From Eledone cirrhosa (taxonomy: Eukaryota), in assembly GCA_964016885.1 (NCBI GenBank), contig OZ024742.1, positions 82,150,001 to 82,214,000 on the forward strand: a stretch of DNA of 64,000 bases, written 5' to 3'. Both the position numbers and the translations under genes were made by a program. Below are positions 41,726 through 54,294 of the stretch, one piece after another. Each line of letters opens with the position of its first letter. Position 1 is the stretch's first letter. The notes beneath the pieces are model-generated. The model searched no databases. It saw only the letters and a program-made list of their open reading frames with translations, and had not been told where the DNA came from.

Positions 41726-44268
41726 TTAAGTTAGCCATGTCAGCTCATTTCTCTCAGCCCGGTTGTTAAGTGGGGTTCTGAGGTTCTTAATAACAAGTGC
41801 TTCCTTTATCCTTAAGGATCCGATGCTGCGTTCAGTCGCTAGGACTGTGACCAAGGGTCGACCCTGTGGGTTTCCGCATTTAATGATGTGTTTACGGAAG
41901 GAAGATGCGTTGGTGTTGATATGTTCCTCGATACGAACATGTAGGGGTCGGATGGTGCTACCTATGTAAAACTTGTTACATTTATCGCATTGAATCTTAT
42001 ATGCGACATAGGTGCGTAGGCAATCTGCCCCCGTATCGGGCAGTGGCTGAGGGAACACGTCCCATCTGACTCGTCGGGTTTTTTGGAGAGGTATCTTCGC
42101 AGCGAAGGTCCTGTGTGGGCCAAATGTATGTCAAGTCCCTCCATCCGTATGGCCCTGCGGATGGCGTTCGTGGTATATTCACTCAGGTGGGGGATTTTAA
42201 AGAAGCACCTGCTTTTATTTAAGTTTCTAGTGGGTGTCTGTCTATTGGGTCTGGGGTCTCTAATTCCGTAATCAGTCGCTTGGGATATCCATTAGACCTG
42301 AGTAGATTACGGAATTGCGTGGTATGGTTGAGACCACCCATCGGGTCGCTGCATCTGTTAGTGATCCGTGTCAGTTCATTTAGGACATAGCCTCTCTTAG
42401 CGTTGTTGGGGAGGGCTGAGTTGTAATGCACAAATAAATCCTTGCACGCTGCTTTGCGGTAGAAGGTGGTGTTTATGTCTCCTTCTTCCGAGATGTTGAT
42501 ACGGAAGTCGAGGAGGGCGAGTGACCCGTCTTCTCCTGGGTGTTCGATGGTGAAATTGACGTGATGGTCAGTATCGTTGAGGATTTGGTGAATTTCATTC
42601 GCCATCTCCCGGGAAGAAGTAAGTATCAAGATGTCATCAACGTATCTGGAGTAGAAGGCGACGGCGTTGGGTTGACAGGTATTGAGTGCCTTGCGTTCCA
42701 GGTGGTCCATGTACGAGATCGCAAGTATGCCGGACAGACTAGAGCCCATAGGTAGCCCAGAGATTTGTTTGTACGTGTGGCCGAGGAAATTGAAGAGTGC
42801 ATTATCCACAACGAAGGAGAGGAGTTGGTAGATGTCCGTGTGTGTGAGTCCGAAGCAGTGTAAGTTAGATGCTCGGACTCGTTCGGTCAACAGGTCGACG
42901 GCTGGGGATGCTGGTACGGAGGTATAAAGGGCGACCACATCAAGACTGAAGGCATAACCGTTGTCCTTTTTGGTGTTGGGCGCCAGATGGTGTAGTCGCT
43001 CCAAGACCTCCTTTGAGCTGCAGACGTGGGCTGGTAGTGTGTGTAGAATAGGTTTCAGTAGTGTGGAGAGCAGCCACGATATTTTGTAGAGTGGGCCCTC
43101 CGCGCTAGAGACAATGGGCCTGATTTTCAAATCGGGTCCTTGTTTATGTGTTTTAACCAGGTGGTAGAAGGTGGGTAGTTTGCCGTTTCGAGTCATTATG
43201 TTGTTTTTTACCTTCTTTGGTAGTTTTCGTTGGACACAGATGTTAGTCCATATGGTGTTAATGCCTTCCTCGATTAGAGTCGATGAGGTCCCTGTGACTT
43301 TAGAGTAGAGGCTGTGGTCATTAAGATGTTGGAGAGCTAAGTTGTTGTAGGTCTCTCTCGAGATGACACAGAATTCTTTCCCCTTGTCAGAGGGAAGGTA
43401 CACAAGGTTCCTTGATCTTAGGTTGGTGAGAGTATTAAATTGTGCATTGGTGAGGTTGCGTTTATTGTGTGTGTGTGTTGGGAAAGGATGTTAGAGATAG
43501 AATGTTTCAACCTGAGTAGTTTAGTATCAAGTTCGTGGTTGGTGGGTGGGGGGTGGAGTGGGTTGTCGAGGTGGTACGTGGGGAGTGTGGGGTGGGTTGT
43601 GGGGTTGTAATCGATCTCGGTGTTGTTTTGGATGGCGGTTAGCCATTTCAGTTGATATGCTGTCCGACAGAAGTTGGTTTCGATGTCGAGTTTCAGTCTA
43701 TCATCGAGACGCTGTGTAATGATGAACTTGGGTCCGAGGCGCAGAAGTTCGAGTTCGTCGTTGGTGAGGGTACCGGTTAGGTCGGTAACGAGGTGTGAAG
43801 CATCGTTGGTAGGTAGATCGATGTTGGGAGGTGTAGCGGAGGGTGTTGTATAGCTGTTGTCCCTGGTGTGGTTGTAGTCGCTCCGTCTGTGGGGGCGGGT
43901 GTTGTCATTGTAGTATTTGTTTACAGTCCATTCGTATTTCCGTATAAGGCGCTGTTTATCATATTTGACTCTGGTGTGGTAACACTGATCGATAGCTTTG
44001 CGTATTTCCTGGACCTGATGGTCAGGGGTGAGAGTTGGAGCTATACGATCTATGTGCTCGGAAAGCGTTTGTATATGGAGTCGCAGTTGGTGGTGGTTGT
44101 GTCGTAGTATTTTCTTGATAAACGTGCGTTGAATGTGGCGGATGGTGTTTTCGAATGATGGTGATCGTAAACATTCGGGTTGATGTAAATTCCTGATGGT
44201 GGTTGGAATGATGTTGTACTTTAGGCAGCGTTTTAAGAAGGTAATTTGGCAACCGAGTTTGGCACGAT
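41726..44268 (-). pseudogene. PLE polyprotein (N-terminal, RT, GIY-YIG) with three frameshifts
   Basis: FLKRCLKYNIIP, LLRLGPKF, PSDKG, KTHK..IRPIVS, SLDVVALYTSVP, GLPMGS, RYVDDIL, VAYKIQCDKCNKFYIGST. Frameshifts at the (CA)n run ~43470, at ~42270 and at the G-run ~42030. Confidence 0.93.
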
Positions 44269-44957
44269 TCCCCAACAACGCTAAGAGAGGCTATGTCCTA
44301 AATGAACTGACACGGATCACTAACAGATGCAGCGACCCGATGGGTGGTCTCACCCATACCAAGCAATTCCGTAATCTACTCAGGTCTAATGGATATCCCA
44401 AGCGACTGATTAACGGAATTAGAGACCCCAGACCCAAAAGACAGACACCCACTAGAAACTTAAATAAAAGCAGGTGCTTCTTTAAAATCCCCCACCTGAG
44501 CGAATATACCACGAACGCCATCCGCAGGGCCATACGGACGGAGGGACTTGACATACATTTGGCCCACACAGGACCTTCGCTGCGAAGATGTCTCTCCAAC
44601 AAACCCGACGAGTCAGATGGGACGTGTTCCCTCAGCAACTGCCCGATACGGGGGGCAGATTGCCTACGCACCTATGTCGTATATAAGATTCAATGCGATA
44701 AATGTAACAAGTTTTACATAGGTAGCACCATCCGACCCCTACATGTTCGTATCAAGGAACATATCAACACCAACGCATCTTCCTTCCGTAAACACATCCT
44801 TAAATGCGGAAACCCACAGGGTAGACCCTTGGTCACAGTCCTAGCGACTGAACGCAGCATCGGATACTTAAGGATAAAGGAAGCACTTGTTATTAAGAAC
44901 CTCAGAACCCCACTTAACAACCGGGCTGAGAGAAATGAGCTGACATGGCTAACTTAA
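44269..44957 (+). pseudogene. intact RT-thumb/GIY-YIG C-terminus in the inverted arm
   Basis: ORF 44196-44957 reads open from PNNAKRGY through VVYKIQCDKCNKFYIGST to the stop. Its first ~24 codons are antisense of the N-terminus and are not genuine. Confidence 0.85.
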
Positions 44958-45574
44958 CCATAGTGACCATTCACAACCCTTACGGCCTGCTATTTTCACA
45001 CACACGCACGTATATGCATACCCATACGCATACACACACACATCAATATTTATACACGGACACATGTTTTTACAACCTGCCACCTTTCACACCCTTTGAT
45101 TTCCAGCTTCTACAGCCCACTATCTTTCACACACACACACGCACTCACACATATACACACACAGTTACACACACATGTATACCCATACGCTTACACACAC
45201 ACATCTATATTTATACACGCACACATGTTTTACAACCTACCACCTTTCACACCCTTTGATTTCCAGCTTCTACAGCCCACTATATTTCACACACACACAC
45301 ACTCACACATATACACACTTACACATATACACACACATTTACACACACATATATATTTACACACACATATTTTACGGCTTTCACACGCTAGCGCACCCTC
45401 TTGATTTAACCCATTTGGTCAGTAGCTTTTGCCACAGCATATCACGCGCACGCGCATTCTTTCCCTCATTTAAATTTTAAATAATTTTTCTCCCCATAAC
45501 GGCATTCCTGTTTTAACGACATCACAACTTTCTCCGCTTAGCCTGTTCCCCCCCCCCCCCCCTTTTGGAACTTT

Positions 45575-45608
45575 CCCCCGTTGATGGGCGTGAGCCCGAA
45601 ATATTGGG
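45575..45608 (+). ncRNA. hammerhead-shaped motif with variant core (mirror copy 41084-41117, minus)
   Basis: ccc CCGTTGA t-gggc-gtga-gccc GAAA tatt ggg: stem II and palindromic stem III (aatatt) present; core differs from CTGANGA at two positions. Confidence 0.55.
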
Positions 45609-46689
45609 ATTAAATCTCCACTACGGTAACTCTTCTACCTTTGTTTTGTTTTCATCTTTGTCTCTCTCAATTTTCACTTTCTCCTATTTCTCCTATCTAT
45701 CATTCACTTCCTACCTCGAGATTTTCCTCTGCATTGTTGTGGCTTTCTAAACTACGTATTTTATATATATATATGTTTTTATTTATTTTTAAGTGTATTT
45801 GGTGTATACATTCGAATGTGTGCGGTACAGGCGTTGCGTGTGTTCTGTATGTGCGTGTATGTGTGTGTGTTTTTTTTTACTTGTGTACGTGCTTGTATTT
45901 GCATACCCACGGGGTGTGTTTTTGCGTTTGCTTGTGTATGTACGTATATTGACGTGTGTATGTATATATTTAATTTCAATTACCTCTGTATTCTATTTAC
46001 TTTATTCTTAACTCTGAAGCCAAGAATCATTCGGTTTCCTAAATAGAATTTTAGTCTACGACTTCAGTTATATCATTTTTCGTGGCTTTGTCTTTGCGTG
46101 TAATTGTTTTCGTGCTCCACATAATGACGTATTCACTTCGTTTTTTCCGTTCATTGCCAGAGAACGTCTCCATGAACCACCTACGACTTCATTTATACCA
46201 TAAACCTGGTTTTGTCTCCGCGTCTCATTGTTTTCATTGCACCAAATAATGACGTATTATCTTCGTTTTTTTACTGTTCTTTGCCAGGGAACGTTTCTAT
46301 GAACCAATGTATCGTCTTCCTGTCTTGCTTCGATTGCAACGTTTCACTGCACCAAATAATGACGTATTATCTTCGTTTTTTACTGTTCTTTGCCAGCGAA
46401 CGTTTCCATGAACCAATGTATCGTCTCCCTGTCTTGCTTCGGTTGCAACGTTTTTTGAAATATTTACTTCTGCGATCACAGATTGACTTTATTGGTTTCA
46501 GAAGATCCCGTTAAGGGTGAAAGCAGCGATTGTTTGCTTAAACTTTAATCTGTTATATTAATAAATATTTGTTCTTCGGTTCGTATACATCTGATATATA
46601 TTTATCCTTATCGAGCCCTCTTTGCATTTTAGTCTTCAAATTTATTATTATTACTATATATATCTAGATATATATATATATATACAATG

Positions 46690-46950
46690 GATTTAGGCCA
46701 CTTTCTTGACCGGGGTATCACGTAATAATCTCTTCCTCCGCCTTTCTGAGATGTTCTCGCTTGCTACGAACGTGTCTAGAAAGCGCTCTTTCCATGAGGA
46801 GTTCCCTTGAGAAGCTGGTGTGCCTCACAACAATGCTACACCACTATGATGTAAAGTTGTTACAGACTGACCCACGAAACTGTACAGTCGGGATATTGAT
46901 GAAAAAATATGTATATATCTGAGTCTATTACTTCTTCTTACTTTATAATT
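46690..46950 (-). mobile_element. possible short PLE endonuclease C-terminal remnant
   Basis: A minus frame reads ..HLRKAEEEIIT*YPGQESGLN, resembling the R..E...I...GLN tail of GIY-YIG domains. Confidence 0.25.
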
Positions 46951-46953
46951 TGC

Positions 46954-47000
<47 letters not shown>

Positions 47001-47055
47001 CGTTTCTGAATTTGTTTAGCAAGATTTTTTATCTGAAAACGTGTGTTGAAACCGA

Positions 47056-48325
47056 TATTGTTATACTTTGGGAGGGTCATGTTGCCAATAAGAAACACAC
47101 GCACCACATGTTCTAAATTCAATTTATTATAATAAATTTATAAATTTAGGAATTTATAAATTTCCGGTTGGTTGGTTGGTTCCACAACCAGATGTTTGTT
47201 TATATATTGTCAAAGTTCTTTCGTCACACATTATGTGACCTCTTCAGTGACTGGGGATTCTTTTCTTTGTTTTTGTGCCTCTCCTTTGTTCTGTCCTACG
47301 CCATCTTGTTTCTGTGTGTGTGTTGTGTGCTCTGTCTGCGCATGCGCCACATCCGTGTGTCTGTGTGTGTTTATATTCGTTTATTTATTTGTTTATTTAC
47401 ATGTCACTGGTTGGTTGTTTGTTATATGTGCGTGTGTGTTTTCATTTTGTCCTTAATTATAAGTTGTGATGTGCTGTTCCACTCATCTTTTCTATTTAAT
47501 TTTGGTTGTAATTCTTTTATGTTTATTGCCTCTGTGATTTGTCTAAACATTGCGTCTTTTCTTTGTGTAGATTCTATTTTTATTTCTATGTTCTCTATTT
47601 TAGCATGTTGGTAGAGTACAGATGATTCTTTAGTATTTTGAAGGTTTCACCAGTGTTCATTTATCCGTTCTCGTTCACTACGAGCTGTGTCACCTATGTA
47701 CACTATATTTTTATCTCTACATTGTCCTTCAGTACTTCTTATGCTATATACTACATTTCTAGTTTACAGTTAATATGGGGGCTTAATTTACAGGTTATAC
47801 ATTTCTTATCTATACAGGGAGGTCTTTGAAAAGGGTATGTCTTGCTAATAAGTGTCTTTATGGAGGTACCTGTTTTTTCTACTATCTTAATATTGAGCTT
47901 ATGTTGATCTAGGGCCCTTCTAAATTTGTAAGCTAATTCATCTTTAGGGGTTGTATCGATGAACATTACACTCTGGTATTTATTGCTATCATACCATGAG
48001 TTTATTCTATTAGCCTTATTACTAGTTCTTTCTATTATATTCCAAAATGTGCTCCTATACAAGGGGCAGGTCCCATTTGTGTCATTATTTACCATTTTTT
48101 CCCATTTGGTTCTGGCTCCTCTATAGACTCTGATTTTAGCTCTCTGATTTTAACCAGAGAACTGCATACAGTGGATGAAGTGTTGTATGTGTCTCTCTAG
48201 TTCTTCGGGGTTGCACATGCGGGACACGTTTCTCATCACCCGTACCAAACCCGTAATCAGTATGTTGATTTTGGTATGGTCCGAAATAGCTGAGTTTCGG
48301 TGGAAGTCATGGGTTTGGCATATAT
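47056..48325 (-). mobile_element. PLE 3' fragment (thumb + GIY-YIG + pLTR), second copy of the 36 kb family
   Basis: SAISDHTKINIL..RVMRNVS..HFIHCMQFSG. ORF 47751-48095 is near-identical to 36676-37173. Confidence 0.92.
47209..47252 (-). ncRNA. minimal type I hammerhead ribozyme in pLTR
   Basis: gtca CTGAAGA g-gtcaca-taatg-tgtgac GAAA g-aa-CTT|tgac. Confidence 0.75.
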
Positions 48326-48479
48326 ATATATGTATATAACCACTTCCACCTAACTCGTCCCTTGGACTGAGTGCTCTACAACTACGGATATTACCTTCCA
48401 TTGTTCCACCACTATATATATGTATAATAAGGAGTTGACGGACCCACCATATTTATCAATGCCAGTACCAGTTGTATGT

Positions 48480-48983
48480 ATTAGAATTGGTGCTCTGAAA
48501 TAGCGATGTATATATGGATGTGTATATAGTGTATTTGCTAATACACTGTATGCTTAATTAAAAGCATTTTAAAGACCTTACACATACTTCTTTTAGCGGG
48601 AGGTCTTCAATATGCTTTTAATTAAGCATACAATGTATTACCAAATATACTATATATATACATCCATATATATCGGTATTTGAGAGCACCAATTCTAATT
48701 TTCAATTTTGCTGCACCGACAACCGCTCTCTATAATCAGTTCCTGATTATTACTGGAATACTATAAGAATCGAACATTCATAATGTTCAACAAACAAAGG
48801 GAGTGCTAAGCTCCGAAGAATACCAATAGTATGAAACTGAGATATGTCAGCTAACTCCCTTTGTTTGTTGAGAAATAAAGTGACATAGTCACTACTTTAA
48901 AACAATAGCGTTAGATCTTCAAAATGCTTTTAATTAAGCATACAGTGTATTACCAAATACACTATTTATACATCCATATATAT
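48480..48983 (+). mobile_element. non-coding ~312 bp terminally redundant unit with fold-back arm (retrozyme-like, family 3)
   Basis: 48480-48578 is inverted against 48601-48700; 48604-48672 is repeated at 48916-48983; the unit contains a hammerhead. Confidence 0.7.
48787..48871 (+). ncRNA. type I hammerhead ribozyme with long stem I (U4C core variant)
   Basis: tcaacaaacaaagggagt-gcta-agct CCGAAGA atac-caata-gtat GAAA c-tgagatat-GTC|agct-a-actccctttgtttgttga. Confidence 0.75.
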
Positions 48984-49081
48984 GAACGTATGTATATATA
49001 TATATATATATATATATAACATATATATATATGTACATTTATATATATGTCTAAGTATGTATATATATATATATATATATA

Positions 49082-49878
49082 TGACTTATTGGCTGATAAG
49101 AGGCGTGCTCTCTCGCGGTACCTGACAGCAAAAACCACAAGAGAAGAATATGTTGCATAAGGAACTCAAGGATGTGAAATCACGTGTGAGGCGATGTCTT
49201 TCTCAGATGAAGGATAAGTGGTGGAGTGAGAAGACAGATGAGATGCAAGCTGCATCAGACACCAATAACACAAAGCTGCTGTATAATCTCTTGCGTGAAC
49301 TTTATGGACCGTCTTCTTCTCTGGTGACACCGCTTCGCAGCAAGGATGGCAACGAACTTCTTAGTGACTCACAGGGAATTCTGCGAAGGTGGCGAGAGCA
49401 CTATGATGAACTTTTGAATCAGCCCTTTGTCATCAATGAAGATTTCCTCAATCTCATTCCTGAAAAACCTGTGAATGTAGCTCTCGCAGAACCAGCGACG
49501 CTTGTGGAGATGCAGTAGCTATCTCTAAGCTGAACAGAGGAAGATCACCAGATATGGATGACATACATACAGAGCTCTTACAATATGGTGGTAAGAGACT
49601 TCTACGATATCTTCACTCTTTGTTTGGCAGGATATGGACCAGTGAATCCGTACCTGAGGACTGGAAAATGCAGTTATGGTGGTCTTGTAAGAGGGAAAGA
49701 ATAACATAGATATATCATTGCTTTCTGTCGTAGGAAAACTTTATGTAGGGTGCTTCTGGACCGTCAGCTGACACACATTGCAGAACCTGTTCTTCGTGAA
49801 AGTCAATCTGGTTTTCGTGCTGGACGCGGCACTACTGATATGATCTTCTCTGGTTGACAGCTCCAAGAGAAGTGCTTG
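49082..49878 (+). mobile_element. RTE (BovB-like) LINE internal fragment
   Basis: KDKWWSEK..MQAASD, LRSKDG..LL.D..ILRRWREHY..LLN, ISLLSVVGK, ESQSGFRAGRGTTDMIF..QLQEKC. Confidence 0.88.
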
Positions 49879-50220
49879 GGATGTGTGTGTATGTGTGGGT
49901 GTGTATGTGTGTGCGCACAGTCACGCACATATGTATACAAATATAAGTATAGGTATGAAGAAAATAAGAAAAATATACCTAATTGTTCTTCTTTGTCCGG
50001 AGATATTAACTAAATAATAATGAATTAAGTTAAAAATGTAATTTTGAGGAAATAATGTATAAATGTTTACGAATATTGCTCTAGACATGACCGTCGAAAA
50101 TTTCGCTTGTGCTAAGTGGAAATGTGTATTCGCTGCATTATCCGTGAAGCTTGAATCTTATCAAGGGACTCTATCAGATATGACCGATTTTTTATATATA
50201 TACATATAAGTATATATATA

Positions 50221-50277
<57 letters not shown>

Positions 50278-50432
50278 GCATATATAATCACTCATTAGAT
50301 AGTAGTATATAACTAGGTAGTAGTATGTAGTCAGGATAAAATAATAGGCTAAGAGATATCTGTTTGTGAGAATCAATTGATAATATCAGACATTTATCCT
50401 ATTAATTGATATCCATCTTTATATTTATCTAA

Positions 50433-50485
<53 letters not shown>

Positions 50486-50487
<2 letters not shown>

Positions 50488-50680
50488 ACGAAGGAAATGC
50501 GGTAAGCAACCAGGTTGAACATAACGCACCAAATTACTCTATACTTAGGGTAGTAAAGTGGGTAATAGGAACGAGTAGGGCCCCAACGGCTGAGCTCAAG
50601 CCGTTTCGACGGCTAATTCTGGACAGAATTATCTGTCGAGACGGCTTGAGCTCAGCCGTCGGTGTCCTACTCGTTCCTAT
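50486..50680 (-). mobile_element. ~195 bp hairpin element between (TA)n tracts
   Basis: Palindrome 50565-50680 plus ~80 bp tail (attacccactttactaccctaagtatagagtaatttggtgcg..., minus). Homologous to 62383-62584 and to the Helitron 5' end. Confidence 0.8.
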
Positions 50681-50715
50681 ATATATATATATACATATAT
50701 GTGTGTGTGTGTGTG

Positions 50716-50750
<35 letters not shown>

Positions 50751-50799
50751 TTATATGTATATATATATAGAAATGGATGAACAATTATATTAACGTTCG

Positions 50800-53290
50800 T
50801 ATAACATAATGTTGTGTTATGTTCCCGCAACTGATGCAACCAGACATTGGGTTGCTACTCTAGGTGACTTTTCAGTGGTCGCCATTGGTCTCTACTCTCC
50901 GCCCGTCATGCGTTGAAGTATCTGGATATTTTATCCAGTGCAGATTTTGACGGACCAGGTTTTTTCTTGTGAGCTTCTTCTTCACCCTTACTCAAATGTA
51001 CCCCGAAATATGATTTTCGACAAGGTGCTTTGGTAGGATATATGACGATACCGGCCAAGTGTCCATCTTTTATTCTCTGTCAGCATATTTGTTAACTTGC
51101 TTCCCGACAAAGATGTTTGTTTTGTGCTCCGTGTCTGCGATGTCTAGCATCCTTCTGAAGCGTTTGTGCTCATTTGACTGGATTCCTCTTTCCTTGTCAG
51201 CTGCCACAGTCCAAATCTCACACCCATACAAAAGGATCGAAGTTACCAAAATTGAACCATTTGATATTCGTTGGAAAACTGATGGTGTTGCTTTTCCATG
51301 TGTCATTCACCTTTCTCAAGGCAGAAATAGCCAGCACGGAACATGTCAGTATCTCCTTTCGAGTTCTGTCATCTTTGGTTAGAGTGGATCCTACGCTGAT
51401 TGTTCTGTCATTCTGACAGAATCTAAAATTTCCTTTTTGGGAAATGCGTATCATCAGTGATTGGGTCCATTTATTTGGACACAAATTTATTTCCTATATT
51501 TTGTGACAGGCAACTGTCAGGGCCTTGGTAAGATTTGGTCCACTGTATTTTAACACTGATGGAATGTTATAGACTCCAGGGGATTTACTATCTTTAAGAA
51601 AGTGCATCGCTTCTTCGACTTCTTCAAGAAGAATTTGCATATTCTAAATTTCATTGGTTCTATTGGTAGAATTGTCCAGGATTATGATGTCATGTCTGAT
51701 TCTGTGGTTATAACGGTCTTCGCTATACTTAGAGCATCTGTTAATGAAATGGGCCCCGTCTGCGAGAAGAAAGCCAGTTCTGTCATTAATCGCAATGTTT
51801 GTGCGTTGTTTTCTTTTCGTTAGCCATTTGAGGGGTTGATAATCCACATTTTTATTCTAGCTTCGATGTTTTGCACTCGTTTGATATCCACTAGTCTTTG
51901 GTCTCCCTCATTTTCTTCCTGACCTTCCTATTCATAGAGTAGTATTGCTAATCTGTTAGTTTGGTATTCTTCAAGTGAAGTTGTTAAAGACTTAGTTCCA
52001 ATATGTCATCACTGACCTGTAGTATATTTTTTCATTCCTTTTCTCTACAGCACTTTTAAAGCTGTTTCATGAAAGGCGTGCTTGAAGTTGTTGTTTAAGT
52101 AGTTATGAGTTTAAGGGCTGCAAACCTGCCACCTACGTTGCTGCATCTCTATGGTCTCTTGCCTTTGCTACATCAAACCTGATACGTGTGGCTCCTTTTG
52201 TATGGATTTGTTTTCAATTTAAGCTTTAGTGTCATAGTAGTATGTTGACATATACACCACGGAGGTTTTAACTCCTCTTCTTATTGATACTGAGCATGTA
52301 ATTTTGATGTGAGAGTATGATGTCAATTTTGTTTTGAGTCCTGATATGGTCTGTAAGCCATGTTGTTGTTATTGAGGTCTTAGGCGTGAACTGTCACCCG
52401 GAGAGTTTCAGCTTGTGGTGCTGTCAAATTCATTGAATCAGAGTCCACGATTATTTGTTTCTCCAATTCCAAATCGAGCCTCTCTCCCAGCCCATTGCTC
52501 ATATGCACCTGGAACTATTTGTGCATTGAAGTTTCATTCTTAAGACGATGAGGGTGTCTTCCTTAAGTGGCTGCCCTGATGATATTCTCCAGGTCTCTAT
52601 AGCATTCTTCAACAGCATCATCGTCATAATCGAGTGTTGGTGCATAGACTTGTTCAATCGTAGTATTCAGCGGTCTCGAATGATGAATCTGCTGGATACT
52701 GGTGTATAGCTGATGACTGTGTTAACTCTGGTTTTGAAAACATTGAAACCCACACCACGTTTAGGCTTGATGTTATCAGTGTTGTATGACAGTTTGCGAC
52801 CTACACATGTAGTTGACTTACCAAATCCAGTCAAGTTGACATCATCCAAACCTGGGTAATCCCATGTGTATCCCGAAATGTGTGTAAGTTCTCTCACACT
52901 TCTACAAGTATATAGTGTGAGTTGGTGCCATGGGCCGAAGAAAATACTTTCATTAGAAGGGGTGATGTTTCACGATTTGTGTGTCCTTGTCATTGCTGTC
53001 GTTGTCCCAGTTCCACATCGATCCCCTGCATTCCGGAGCACGGTCGCTGGCTTTCTGGTCCTCGACAGATCCGGCATGTGACCTGACTGTGAACCTATTA
53101 TGGCATTTCAGTGAGCTTTAGAATGCTTGGTGGTGCCCACCTCCTCTCCAAGCTTCAGGTTCATCACTAGGTTTAGGCTAGCAGCAGAAGCTGTTTCCAT
53201 GGTGTGGCAGACCGTTTTTCGAAGTCAGATGTGAGAGTCATATAAGACCCGGTGTACGTGTCCATCGCGAGGAACGCCGCTGTTGGACAT
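50800..53290 (-). mobile_element. RTE-clade LINE, degenerate, with RT core deleted
   Basis: APE endonuclease motifs (GVGF, PVSSRFI, QVYAPT..YDDDAVE, FNAQI, FGIGETNNRG), then KSPGVYNIP..WTQSLMIRISQKGN jumping directly at ~51390 to post-RT KEI...SILLYGCEIWT. Confidence 0.85.
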
Positions 53291-54200
53291 CAATGTATTT
53301 TCTCTATCAGATCACCCCGAAGAAATAATAGTACATATTAAAACATGTTTCATAATGGCATGTTGTTTGATAAATTCATATACCTTCGAAAGATTCTAAA
53401 GACGACTATCTGGTAGATCGACGGTTCGTATCCTTCTTGCCGAAACACTTTGTATCAATAGCCTAAGTATTTGGGCAACAAATAATTCTTCGTTCGGTAT
53501 ACACTATCTAGATTTTGCAGCAACCTCGCAAAAGTAACGGCTACAAATTTGTTTTAGTTAACGCCGCTTCTCTAATTCTGGAAGTTTTATTGGACAATGT
53601 ATTTGAACCCAAGGCACTTCATCTTGTTTGTGTATCAGAACCTACATCTTTCAAAGCGCATCAGATCTTATTAAAGTCATGAGAGCGTCATTTGACGGAA
53701 ACTTGATTTATTTCCAGCAGGACATGTAAAAGAGGTACAGATAGAGAATATCATACGCGGATACAATCCATTGCGGTTGCTCTAAAACGAGATCAAACGA
53801 AAAGTAAAATTTATTTTGAGGAAAGCATCTAATGTAAAACTAGCAAAAAAGTTAATACAGAGTGACGTATATATACAAATGTATTTTGAAAGAAAGCGAA
53901 AGCAAAAATATCTATGCTTAGAATTGACGTCCGAATCCATTTAATTCATGTTGATGAATACTTTTTGCAATGCACGCAATGACCATACACTTAATAACAC
54001 TTCAGATTCTAACAATGACAGAGCGGTTTAAATTAAGACACACTTGTAGTGGCTAATTTTCAGAATCAAGTTTACTTTTAGTCATTAGTTATCCATGCAT
54101 ATATACAATCGCAGAAGCTCAAACAATTGATTTATAAATGCAGCTACAGCACATACACATATACATACTCTCTCTCTCACACACATATGCATACACTCAA

Positions 54201-54294
<94 letters not shown>

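Larger units (their letters stand above)
40891..45762 (-). mobile_element. young near-full-length PLE with ~1.5 kb inverted 3' duplication
   Basis: Minus body 40891-44268; plus arm 44269-45762 is the reverse complement of ~40929-42412 at high identity. Flanked by (TA)n on both sides. Confidence 0.95.
38104..46563. mobile_element. older Naiad-type PLE fold-back insertion (minus body 38104-40165; inverted arm 40166-40770 + 45765-46563) split by a younger PLE
   Basis: Minus: VEANLSVVNYIDVTL..HYPYRKPN, SNIVYKCNV..YIGLTANRFKQR..HTHSF, CDLCAAEA. 40166-40770 is the reverse complement of ~38775-39402, and 45770-46563 is the reverse complement of ~38104-38745. Confidence 0.88.
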
